A stretch of DNA of 64,000 nucleotides from a virus (taxonomy: Duplodnaviria; Heunggongvirae; Uroviricota; Caudoviricetes), in IMG/VR virus record IMGVR_UViG_3300020202_000067, positions 17,335 through 81,334 of that record. One strand, 5' to 3'. Below are positions 56,657 through 64,000 of this stretch, piece after piece. Under the pieces are notes generated by a model. It did no database searches and had not been told where the DNA came from. It was given only the letters and a program-made list of their open reading frames with translations. Position 1 is the first letter of the stretch, and every line of letters begins with the position of its first letter. A program made the translations under genes and the position numbers.

Positions 56657-56863
56657 TCAATCTCCATCGACCAAGAAATGCAGCGGCTCGAATTGCTCGC
56701 CGCCGTCAGGAATGAAGCGATGAACATACACGACGCGATTGGTGGCGACATAGATCTTATTATTGAAGATCACCATTCCCACGACAGCTTCGCCTTCCGG
56801 AAGCTCTTTCATCAGGCGTGTACCTGGGCGGTGTCCACAAGGGCACTTGATCACTTCAGCCAT
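56657..56863 (-). CDS. hypothetical protein
   Basis: 68 aa track ORF. Confidence 0.55.
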   Translation of the reverse strand: MAEVIKCPCGHRPGTRLMKELPEGEAVVGMVIFNNKIYVATNRVVYVHRFIPDGGEQFEPLHFLVDGD

Positions 56864-57098
56864 GATTCAACTCCAGCAATTCGATCTCAACGAATGGCTC
56901 TCGCGCTTCAGCCAGCACCCAGAACGGATCAGAGGCGACCAAATAACGCTTGCCCCCAATTGAGAGACGATTGTTCAGCTGAGGAACTGCATGCATGTTC
57001 TGCGCGTGAACAACGGTCTTGCTTGTTCCTTTGGTCACGAAGCGAACGAAAGGGGCGGAGCCTTCTGTCGCTGACTTCAATTGCGCAAAATCTGGCAT
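56856..57098 (-). CDS. hypothetical protein
   Basis: Start taken at MPDFAQLK. 80 aa. Confidence 0.5.
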   Translation of the reverse strand: MPDFAQLKSATEGSAPFVRFVTKGTSKTVVHAQNMHAVPQLNNRLSIGGKRYLVASDPFWVLAEAREPFVEIELLELNHG

Positions 57099-57205
57099 GC
57101 GCTCTTTCCCCAATGCAAATCAACCAAAGCGCACAAGGAGCCCTTCACTCCAATTGCAAACAAGGTGGCAGCCACCAAGGCTACGATGATCACCAGTTGA
57201 TTCAT
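57077..57205 (-). CDS. small membrane protein (42 aa)
   Basis: MNQLVIIVALVAATLFAIGV...; ATGA overlap with the upstream stop. The rest of the 96-aa track ORF is junk. Confidence 0.45.
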   Translation of the reverse strand: MNQLVIIVALVAATLFAIGVKGSLCALVDLHWGKSACQILRN

Positions 57206-57804
57206 GCACGCTTCACCTTCGGCTTCACGACGCGGCCGACGGATGCCCCAAGCAGCTCCAGCGGCGGCATCACGCCCTTTTCCTCGACCATCTCCTTCAC
57301 AAACGCTGTGAGCGTCTGCGGGTGCACCGTCTCCTTGAACTTGGCGCTCACGCCTTTCTTCTTGCACACGCTCTCAAAGAACTTCTCAGCTTGCTCCTTG
57401 CGGCCGCGCTCGAAGGAGGAGATGACATCAACCTTGATCAAGTCGCCATGACCGTTCTTTTCAAGCCAATCGAAGGCAGCACGGCGCTTTTCCTCCGGCC
57501 ATGTGGCCGCGATGTTGGCGCTGTAGTACGGTTTCATCTCATATTCAATGGCCGGGTAATTGCCATCAGCCTGGAGCGTGAAGGCTTCCATCTTGCATTC
57601 ATCAAAGAGATCAGGAATGGTCTTGGAATAGAGACCATTGAGTTGTTGGCGCATCTCCGACAACCGTTCTTCGAGGGACGTGATTTCCCTCTCAAGGTCT
57701 CTGGCGTCTGTCAGATGCTTTTCAAGGCGGGACAGCTTGTCTTGGGGGACTTCTTGCTTGCTAGAAACTGCGGCGGCTGCCACAGCGGCGCTAGGTTTCG
57801 ACAT
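57202..57804 (-). CDS. coiled-coil protein (Gam/Gp157-like architecture), first gene of leftward block
   Basis: 200 aa. N-terminal coiled coil then a globular domain. The similarity to Mu Gam-type proteins is architectural only. Confidence 0.6.
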   Translation of the reverse strand: MSKPSAAVAAAAVSSKQEVPQDKLSRLEKHLTDARDLEREITSLEERLSEMRQQLNGLYSKTIPDLFDECKMEAFTLQADGNYPAIEYEMKPYYSANIAATWPEEKRRAAFDWLEKNGHGDLIKVDVISSFERGRKEQAEKFFESVCKKKGVSAKFKETVHPQTLTAFVKEMVEEKGVMPPLELLGASVGRVVKPKVKRA

Positions 57805-57946
57805 TCGGGAGCTCCTCTAACTGGGGTGATCCTGCCTCGGCAAAAGCCACACGAAAAGTGAATTTTTTTCTTTCTCTACGATTTTTATTTTCCTGTGGCA
57901 ATTTTCCAGCCTTAGATAGCGCGTCCTGAAACAAAGGAGAAGTCCC
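57805..57946. promoter_or_regulatory. divergent control region between leftward and rightward blocks
   Basis: 142-nt AT-rich gap between divergent starts. Direct repeats ATTTTCCTG (57887-57895) and ATTTTCCAG (57901-57909). No confident -35/-10 assignment. Confidence 0.5.
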
Positions 57947-58090
57947 ATGTTGCCAGAGGAAGACCGTAAAAAGAAGGAAGAAGAGGAGCGCAAGCGTCGA
58001 GCCCAAGAAGGCAGCGCGCCAGTGACAAGTGATTATTCGACAACAACAAGCGACAATGGAGGATGCGACACTGCTGGAGGATGCGACTGA
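57947..58090 (+). CDS. small acidic/basic protein (47 aa, not in track)
   Basis: AAGGAGAAG RBS. MLPEEDRKKKEEEERKRRAQEG... The terminal GGAGGATGCGAC x2 repeat supplies the next RBS. Confidence 0.45.
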   Translation: MLPEEDRKKKEEEERKRRAQEGSAPVTSDYSTTTSDNGGCDTAGGCD

Positions 58091-58320
58091 TGAAGAGGCA
58101 TCAACTGCACATTATGGATCAAACTGGTCACACCACCATTGACTTCGATCCTGCCAATGATGAGCAAGTCAAGAACGCAATGAAGAAATTTGCAGCTCTG
58201 GTGATAGAGAAAAAGTTCACGGCGGCAAAGCGTACGGGTGGAGGCGATTACACTCTGACGAAAGCATTTGACCCGAACGCAGAGGAGCACTTGTTCATTC
58301 CGCAACTCAAAGGCGGGTGA
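58090..58320 (+). CDS. hypothetical protein
   Basis: Start moved to MKRHQLH (GGAGG 9 nt upstream; TGATG overlap). 76 aa. Confidence 0.55.
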   Translation: MKRHQLHIMDQTGHTTIDFDPANDEQVKNAMKKFAALVIEKKFTAAKRTGGGDYTLTKAFDPNAEEHLFIPQLKGG

Positions 58321-59039
58321 TGCTCCGGGGTCCTGGACGCATTATAGAACATGAACTCGCGGGGTTCTTCTCTGAAATGAGAAGAGTCCCGCGACTGCGT
58401 GGCGTTGAAATTCGAGAGCGCTTTGATGATATGTCCATAAGCGTCATATTCAGAACCGATGAAAGCTCATTCAGCGTCCGCATTGATCAGAGATATTTTG
58501 AAGGCCTGACTCAACAATATTGGGTGATCGACAGCTTCCGTCGCTATTGCGAAGAGTTGTACTGTCACGTCGCTAATAATTTCACCAGAGGCTGCGAAGC
58601 AATAGGTCATCGTCATTATGAGAGAATGCAAACCATTGAAGATGAAGTCTCTCGTTCTATTCACCAGACACCTCCGGCGTACTGGCTACCTCCAGTAATA
58701 GCAGAATATGGCCGAGAACTTGAGCGCGTTTATGGCATTAATCCGGCAACCGAACGTTCCATGGAACTGTTACGACGATGGCTCTCAAAAGAGCAACTTG
58801 AACAGTTCGAAGCTGATGGACACTTCATTGTTGTCGGCAACGTAACAAGGCATGAATATCGCATTGAGCAAGCGCATATGTTTGGCGTAGTACGCATGAA
58901 AGATCAAATGAGCTTCTGCTTTGTGCCGCAAGGCGCGCTATCCATTGGAGACATCATGCTGGCGCAAAAGATCAGTTTAGAGACCGATGAGCTTGCTGCA
59001 TTGCGCATTGCTAACAAAAGACCATACAATGTCTTCTGA
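58317..59039 (+). CDS. hypothetical protein
   Basis: 240 aa track ORF. Confidence 0.65.
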   Translation: MMLRGPGRIIEHELAGFFSEMRRVPRLRGVEIRERFDDMSISVIFRTDESSFSVRIDQRYFEGLTQQYWVIDSFRRYCEELYCHVANNFTRGCEAIGHRHYERMQTIEDEVSRSIHQTPPAYWLPPVIAEYGRELERVYGINPATERSMELLRRWLSKEQLEQFEADGHFIVVGNVTRHEYRIEQAHMFGVVRMKDQMSFCFVPQGALSIGDIMLAQKISLETDELAALRIANKRPYNVF

Positions 59040-59163
59040 TTTCAAAAGAGGAGCGCTGGTCGGATTTTTGGCCACACTGGCGTTCAATGAATTGATCTGG
59101 CAAAGATGGATCATGGCTGCGCTTCTATGCGTGCTGATCTACTTGCTCTCACGGAGGGGATGA
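59029..59163 (+). CDS. small membrane protein (44 aa, not in track)
   Basis: MSSDFKRGALVGFLATLAFNELIWQRWIMAALLCVLIYLLSRRG. Two hydrophobic segments. Confidence 0.4.
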   Translation: MSSDFKRGALVGFLATLAFNELIWQRWIMAALLCVLIYLLSRRG

Positions 59164-59164
59164 G

Positions 59165-61474
59165 GTGGATACCAGCTACAAGAAAATACCAGCGCTCGCG
59201 GCATACATCGACCGCGTCGGCGCTGAGCAACTCAACTTCAAGCGCTTCATGGTGAAAGACTACAAGGGGCACTACTACACTGAACGCGCAATGATCGTGA
59301 TCAAGGAAGACTTCACGATCTTTTGCTCCAATAAGAACTATGCTCCGACCAAAGAAGAAGCAGAAGCCATCAAGCATGAGATGGCCAAGCATGACTTCCC
59401 CAAAGCGATCAAGGTCAGAGACATCAAGGCGCTGGTCAAGATGCTCAAGGAAGAAAAAGAGATCTCTTCCGAAGATGAGCTCTTCACATTCATAGACCGC
59501 CATGACGGTCAAATCATCATGGTGCAGCAACTCAAGCGCTTGCCCGATGGTCGGAAGATCTACCCGCCTTGGTCCTTCTGGAGTGATGGTGAATGGCGAC
59601 GCATGGAGCCGGGCGGCTTGCTGCCCTTCTGGAAGCCCGCTAAGCAGCGCAAGACCAAAGTGATGCTCCATGAAGGAGCCAAGGTCTCACGGTACCTGGA
59701 GACAGAACTATCGAAGAAGGGCCATGGTGAGCTTGCTAACCATCCATGGTTGACAATCTTGCTAGAATTCGAGCATTGGGGAATGATTGGTGGTGCTCTC
59801 TCTCCTCATCGCGCTGATTATGCTGAGCTGCGACGCGAGAAACCCACTGAAGTTGTTTATGTGTGCGACAATGACTGGCCCGGTCAGGCCGCGCTTCAAG
59901 AAGTCTCCAAGGCTTATGGCTACTCACTCAAGGGGATCCGCTTCGATGAACGCTGGCCGCAGTCATGGGATCTGGCAGATCCGATGCCAGAAGCTTTCTT
60001 CAAGAGCGGACGATATCTCGGTCCGGCTCTTGAAGAACTCCTGGTACCGGCCACGCGAGCCACTGAAATCGTGCCGAACCCCGAAGGCAAGGGACGACCT
60101 GCAACTCGTCTGCTGAGGGATTTTCGCGAAGAGTGGTTTCATTGCGTCAAGCCTGAAGTGTTTGTGCACGGCGGCTGGCCCAACCGTATCTTCACAGCGC
60201 AAGAGTTCAACAACTTTGTGGCACCATTCAGTGATGTACTTGAGACCGCCAACTTGCTCAAGAAGGACGGCGCATCAAAGTCTGCGGTCCTCAAGTACAG
60301 CCCGGCAATGGAACCAGGCATCTACGGCTCCGGCGATGACGGGCGCTTCATCAACACGCATGTTCCAGCGCCCATCAAAGCTGAGAAAGGCAACGCTGCG
60401 CCGTGGGTGGAGTTCATGGAGCACTTGGTGCCTGATGAAGGTGATCGCAAAGAGTTAATCAGGTGGTGCGCCACCTTGATCTGTCGCCCAGACATCAAGA
60501 TGCTGTACGGTGTGCTGCTGATCTCTGAGATCCAGGGCATGGGGAAGGGGACATTAGGCGAGAAGATCCTCGCACCGCTCGTGGGTGAGACCAATGTGTC
60601 CTACCCATCGGAGCAAGAAATCGTTGACTCCAACTACAATTACTGGCTCGCACACAAGCGACTAGCCGTGGTCCATGAGATCTATGCTGGACACTCCTCC
60701 AAGGCATACAACAAGCTCAAGTCGATCATCACAGACAAGAACGTGAACGTGTCGATGAAGTATATGGCCAACTACACCGTTGAGAATTGGATCCATGTAT
60801 TCGCATGTTCCAATTCGATGCGTGCATTGCAGCTTGCCTCCGACGATCGCAGGTGGTTCGTGCCTAAGATCTCTGAGGTCAAGAAGCCTCGGCAATTTTG
60901 GTTAGACTTCAACCACTGGCTGAAAGAGCAAGGTGGCCTCGGCATCATCAAGTGGTGGATGGAGCGTTGGCTCGAAAAGAACGAACCAGTGTTGCCTGGC
61001 ACCGACGCTCCTTGGTCCGTGCTTAAAGGCGAGATCGTTGAGGAAGGCTACTCTCCCGGCATGAAGTTGGTGGCTGATACACTCGACTACATCAAGGGAG
61101 TGCTCAATGGCGATGATCCTAAGAAGAAGGCGGAATGGGAAGGTGCGGGCTACCTACGGGACGGAAGCATATTTGTTCTTGACACAGCGCTCGTGGAGCT
61201 CATTCGCCAAGCCATCTATGAAGGCCGCCACAATGATCGCCTTGAGCGCCCGGCCACAATACGTCGCGTCGCGAAGTCTAAAGGATGGTTTATCGGTGAG
61301 ACGCGGTCTTCCGTCAAGGAGTGGATAAATAGCACAAAGGCGGCTATGGGTGGGAGAGTGATAGCCAATACCAGAGAGTTGGCCATCACTCGTCCAGGAG
61401 ATCTGTGCAATGAAACCATGTCAGAGAAGGATAAGCGTCGTCCACTCGACGTCGCGCAGTTTATGAGGATGTGA
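59165..61474 (+). CDS. primase-helicase (Toprim + D5/VirE-type SF3 helicase)
   Basis: 769 aa, GTG start after GGAGGGG. VVYVCDNDWPGQAA (Toprim DxD), GMGKGTL (Walker A), AVVHEI and DDRRWFV. Confidence 0.8.
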   Translation: MDTSYKKIPALAAYIDRVGAEQLNFKRFMVKDYKGHYYTERAMIVIKEDFTIFCSNKNYAPTKEEAEAIKHEMAKHDFPKAIKVRDIKALVKMLKEEKEISSEDELFTFIDRHDGQIIMVQQLKRLPDGRKIYPPWSFWSDGEWRRMEPGGLLPFWKPAKQRKTKVMLHEGAKVSRYLETELSKKGHGELANHPWLTILLEFEHWGMIGGALSPHRADYAELRREKPTEVVYVCDNDWPGQAALQEVSKAYGYSLKGIRFDERWPQSWDLADPMPEAFFKSGRYLGPALEELLVPATRATEIVPNPEGKGRPATRLLRDFREEWFHCVKPEVFVHGGWPNRIFTAQEFNNFVAPFSDVLETANLLKKDGASKSAVLKYSPAMEPGIYGSGDDGRFINTHVPAPIKAEKGNAAPWVEFMEHLVPDEGDRKELIRWCATLICRPDIKMLYGVLLISEIQGMGKGTLGEKILAPLVGETNVSYPSEQEIVDSNYNYWLAHKRLAVVHEIYAGHSSKAYNKLKSIITDKNVNVSMKYMANYTVENWIHVFACSNSMRALQLASDDRRWFVPKISEVKKPRQFWLDFNHWLKEQGGLGIIKWWMERWLEKNEPVLPGTDAPWSVLKGEIVEEGYSPGMKLVADTLDYIKGVLNGDDPKKKAEWEGAGYLRDGSIFVLDTALVELIRQAIYEGRHNDRLERPATIRRVAKSKGWFIGETRSSVKEWINSTKAAMGGRVIANTRELAITRPGDLCNETMSEKDKRRPLDVAQFMRM

Positions 61475-61489
61475 ATTGGAGCTGGCTCG

Positions 61490-61789
61490 ATGAAATTGAA
61501 ATATTTAACAAAGCGTGAACGCCAAGTTTTTGATGCGTGCGTTGGCGGCTTGCTCGACAAGGAAATTGCCCACACTCTCGATATCAAGTCAGAGACAGTC
61601 AAGGTGCACAAACACCACATTTACAAAAAGCTAGGATTGAGGAACAAAGCTGAACTCGCCTTCATACGTGGAAAACAGGAAGCCGTTTCAATCCTCGAAC
61701 TCATTGCCTTGACCGAATTTGCCGGCGATGAATCAGTCAGCAGGCTTGTGGCCAAATTCAAGGAGAAAGTCGAAAATGGCCTGGGTTGA
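61490..61789 (+). CDS. LuxR/GerE-type HTH regulator
   Basis: LTKRERQVFDACVGGLLDKEIAHTLDIKSETVKVHKHHIYKKLG. Confidence 0.8.
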   Translation: MKLKYLTKRERQVFDACVGGLLDKEIAHTLDIKSETVKVHKHHIYKKLGLRNKAELAFIRGKQEAVSILELIALTEFAGDESVSRLVAKFKEKVENGLG

Positions 61790-62414
61790 AAGTGAGGTTG
61801 CAGAGCTCAAGCGACTTGTTGAAGACACGGATCTTTCACGCAAAGAGATCGCTGCGCTCTTGGGCAAGACCAAGGGCATGGTTTCCTCCAAGCTCTGGGC
61901 CATGGGTCTGACGCTGAAGGATGAGACGTGGAATGCTGAAAGAGAACAGGCTCTGAGAGAACTCGCTCTCGCTGGAAGAACTGCCAAGGACATCGCCAAG
62001 GAGCTTGGCAATGGGATCACGCGCAATGCTGTGGTTTCAAAAGCTGCAAGAATGAAGATCTCGCTCAACGGCGATCTCAAGCAACGCAATGTGCACGGCA
62101 AGCACCCCACCATGAAAGAGATCGCCGAGCGCTCTTCTGCGCGCTACAAGCCGCGAGAGCGTGAGGTTCCAGGGATCATATTCAGACATTGTCAGTGGCC
62201 AATCGGAGACCCTCTTGAGGAGGGCTTCCATTTCTGCTGCCAGCCTGTCATGGAACCGAAGAGGATGCCGAACGCTCGGCGCGAGACCCGCTATCCTTAC
62301 TGCGAGGCGCATTGCTGTCGAGCGTATGGCGGATGGACCTACGAGGAATATGTTGAAGCCTTTGGTGAAGAGAAGGCCAAGAAGTACTGGGCGCAGAAGA
62401 GGCAGCGCCAATGA
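61776..62414 (+). CDS. gcrA: GcrA-like cell-cycle regulator homologue with duplicated N-terminal HTH
   Basis: Start at MAWVESE (AAGGAG RBS). Two W..E....L..L......s...IA..LG...RNAV.SK..R units and a C-terminal CQWPIGDP...FHFC...PYCEAHC. Confidence 0.7.
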   Translation: MAWVESEVAELKRLVEDTDLSRKEIAALLGKTKGMVSSKLWAMGLTLKDETWNAEREQALRELALAGRTAKDIAKELGNGITRNAVVSKAARMKISLNGDLKQRNVHGKHPTMKEIAERSSARYKPREREVPGIIFRHCQWPIGDPLEEGFHFCCQPVMEPKRMPNARRETRYPYCEAHCCRAYGGWTYEEYVEAFGEEKAKKYWAQKRQRQ

Positions 62415-62605
62415 AGCGCCATGTGCTTTGCTACTTTGGCATTCACAAGTGGCGCTATGAAGGCCAGCAACTTGGTTGTTGCGGCTTGGGCCTTGAGCGA
62501 TTTGAGGTCTGGGTCTGTGAGCGCTGTCCAAGGATGTTCTCGCAAATAGCTAACACGCATGAAGGCAAGATGCCGCTGTATGAGGACAGACTATGCACAA
62601 AATAG
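62411..62605 (+). CDS. small Cys-rich protein
   Basis: 64 aa, ATGA-coupled. Confidence 0.5.
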   Translation: MKRHVLCYFGIHKWRYEGQQLGCCGLGLERFEVWVCERCPRMFSQIANTHEGKMPLYEDRLCTK

Positions 62606-62730
62606 AATTTGACATATTTGTCTTCGGCTTGCGGGCCGACATCGCGCTGGCGGGCTACATCGCGCCCATGTTCCGTGATGCGCCGAGCAACTGCATCTTG
62701 CCAGAGGAGTGGAGGCAATGGCTAACATAA
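62593..62730 (+). CDS. small hypothetical protein (45 aa, not in track)
   Basis: MHKIEFDIFVFGLRADIALAGYIAPMFRDAPSNCILPEEWRQWLT. Bridges two track ORFs. Confidence 0.35.
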   Translation: MHKIEFDIFVFGLRADIALAGYIAPMFRDAPSNCILPEEWRQWLT

Positions 62731-62909
62731 TCAACGCTTTCGGTGACACGGCTGTTGTCATCGAATATCTGGGAGGCTTGCGTCAGAGAGTCATCCCATT
62801 TTCCATTCGCCACAACGGGAACCAGTGGCTCCTTAGAGCTTGGTGCTGTGAGAAGGATGAGGAAGTGTTCATTGAGATGAACAAGATCTATGATTGGTGT
62901 GAGAAATGA
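62718..62909 (+). CDS. WYL-like mini-domain protein
   Basis: Start at MANIIN (GGAGTGGAGG RBS). RQRVIPFSIRHNGNQWLLRAWCCEKDEEVFIEMNKI resembles a WYL beta-barrel. Confidence 0.4.
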   Translation: MANIINAFGDTAVVIEYLGGLRQRVIPFSIRHNGNQWLLRAWCCEKDEEVFIEMNKIYDWCEK

Positions 62910-63106
62910 CCAAGGCACTCAGCGATGCACAACAAGCTTGGCTCAAGGAGCATCCTGACTACGTGCTCGTAGGGCCGCCGCGCGTCGGCTCTTGGTACGT
63001 GGATTGTGGGACGCTTTATGCCGATGGAAAGTTTATTTTGCATCGGCAGGGAAATGCAGTCGAGCTCAAGGAAGGTTGCAAAATGGTAGGCATCAGACAC
63101 ACATGA
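62906..63106 (+). CDS. hypothetical protein
   Basis: 66 aa track ORF. Confidence 0.55.
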   Translation: MTKALSDAQQAWLKEHPDYVLVGPPRVGSWYVDCGTLYADGKFILHRQGNAVELKEGCKMVGIRHT

Positions 63107-63277
63107 GCTCAAGCTGCGACGTCCATTCCGCTCATGTGAAGTGCTAAGCGGCAAGGGCGTGCACATCTTCATTCCGCTGCCGAAGTTTAAACAGACAGCG
63201 CTCTGTAATCTTCTCGGAAGAAATCAAAGGGGATCGCGCAAAGAGAGCTGTGTGTCTCAACAAGATGAGGTGTGGTG

Positions 63278-63445
63278 ATGAATGAGGTCGAATTCAGAGC
63301 CAAGATCGTCATGGCGCTGAGAGCCCTGGCGAAGGGCAATGTCGATGATGCTCAAGACTGCATCGATGATTTGGAAGAATTTGTCATCCAAGAAATCATG
63401 GACGAGCCTGAACTTGGCTTCCTCATCAAGGAAATGGAGCGGTGA
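63278..63445 (+). CDS. small acidic protein (55 aa, not in track)
   Basis: GAGGTG RBS. MNEVEFRAKIVMALRALAKGNVDDAQDCIDDLEEF... Confidence 0.45.
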   Translation: MNEVEFRAKIVMALRALAKGNVDDAQDCIDDLEEFVIQEIMDEPELGFLIKEMER

Positions 63446-63618
63446 TGGAAATCGTGCTTCTGTTCTTGCCCATTTACCTCTCCATTGGCTTGGTGTGTGG
63501 AATAGCCAATGTTCTGCAGAACCTCGCGCGCTTTCACGGTGGTGGGTTCCATTGGAAACGCATAGCGAAGTATCTGCTGCTTTTCGCTTTCCTCTGGCCA
63601 TTATGGGTGCTCGGATGA
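63445..63618 (+). CDS. small membrane protein (57 aa, not in track)
   Basis: MEIVLLFLPIYLSIGLVCGIANVL...YLLLFAFLWPLWVLG. Two TM helices, coupled at both ends. Confidence 0.45.
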   Translation: MEIVLLFLPIYLSIGLVCGIANVLQNLARFHGGGFHWKRIAKYLLLFAFLWPLWVLG

Positions 63619-63926
63619 TCTCAATCGTGGAAGCTGCTGCGAGAGGCATTGAGCGTGTGCGGATGGAGGAATGGTCGAATGCGTTCGACCATTTGAAAAT
63701 CGATATTGTGGATACGCTCCCTGGTCCTTGGTTGAAGCTTTACAGCCCCATGAACAAGGCGGTCAATGGCAAGGATCCTGTGTTATTCGCCTGGGCTGTC
63801 GGACCAATGAAAACGGACGTGCATGCCAAGATTTTCGAGCCTTACAATGGGCCGTTGCCTGATTCTGAGGAATATAAAGAGGAGGTGGAGAAGTGGAATG
63901 AAACGCGTGATACTCAGAAGGCCTAA
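63615..63926 (+). CDS. hypothetical protein
   Basis: Start moved to MISIVEAAARG (ATGA coupling). The upstream part of the 195-aa track ORF overlaps the two small genes above. Confidence 0.5.
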   Translation: MISIVEAAARGIERVRMEEWSNAFDHLKIDIVDTLPGPWLKLYSPMNKAVNGKDPVLFAWAVGPMKTDVHAKIFEPYNGPLPDSEEYKEEVEKWNETRDTQKA

Positions 63927-64000
63927 GAACAAGAGTGAAAAATTCTATCGGGCATGGCTCAAAATTGTGGGCGAACACCACAAGAAGCACAAGCCGCTTC
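63898..64000 (+). CDS. hypothetical protein, N-terminal fragment (runs off window)
   Basis: MKRVILRRPKNKSEKFYRAWLKIVGEHHKKHKPL... is open to the window end. GGAGG upstream. Confidence 0.35.
   Translation, partial: MKRVILRRPKNKSEKFYRAWLKIVGEHHKKHKPL

Noticed and set aside
55076-57451. Long plus-strand ORFs 55076-55888 (270 aa) and 56540-57451 (303 aa)
   Set aside because: They are antisense to coupled minus-strand genes. Their composition is typical of stop-poor antisense frames in GC-rich coding DNA.
57893-57909. Sigma54-type promoter TGGCAA-N8-GC
   Set aside because: Only the GG/GC dinucleotide spacing fits, and the -12 region (CCAGC) departs from TTGCW. No enhancer-binding protein gene was seen, so it is kept only as a remark.
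59111-59671. 186-aa minus-strand ORF
   Set aside because: It is antisense to the primase-helicase gene, which has clear Toprim and Walker motifs.
63615-63926. Tad2/DUF2829-like anti-Thoeris protein
   Set aside because: The similarity is limited to an A..RG.RV..EW stretch, and the spacing and length do not convincingly match.

Overview
The window is almost entirely one tailed-phage (podovirus-type) genome segment with about 140 tightly packed genes in three transcription blocks. (i) Plus strand 1-21550 is a virion module in T7-like order: scaffold fragment, HK97-type capsid, gp11/gp12-like tail tube A/B, three ejection proteins (one 710-aa SLT protein, one 2994-aa polyvalent giant) and fibre-like proteins. 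It ends at a bidirectional terminator. (ii) Minus strand 57804 down to 21595 is one very long leftward block of replication, nucleotide-metabolism and small unknown genes. These include an SNF2 helicase, a Topo VI-A-like 'Mini-A' protein, a ParB-like nuclease, VRR-NUC, DnaE-type Pol III alpha plus DnaQ exonuclease, MazG/DUF1599-like proteins, VOC-SDR-HAD enzymes, an SPFH protein and a ThyX/TrpF-like/flavoenzyme operon. (iii) Plus strand 57947 to 64000 carries a Toprim/SF3 primase-helicase and LuxR-type and GcrA-like regulators. I saw no rRNA, tRNA, CRISPR, integrase, transposase, phage RNA polymerase, terminase, portal or recognisable lysis cassette. The GcrA homologue suggests an alphaproteobacterial host. 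The most unusual signals are four. First, a ~26-nt block (TGAAGCCTGCAACATGGAGAGCTGAA-ATG) is repeated eight times directly before the starts of unrelated small genes at 35.6-39.1 kb. Second, a translationally coupled flavoenzyme / Cys-rich / TrpF-like / divergent-ThyX operon lies next to a VOC-SDR-HAD-MazG island, which may be a non-canonical nucleotide pathway. Third, an identical 12-aa C-terminal peptide, encoded with synonymous differences, flanks the SPFH gene. Fourth, a zeta-toxin-like kinase domain sits in the giant ejection protein. All functional calls come from motif recognition by eye and no database search was run. Many starts were re-assigned from the ORF track using RBS and start/stop coupling.
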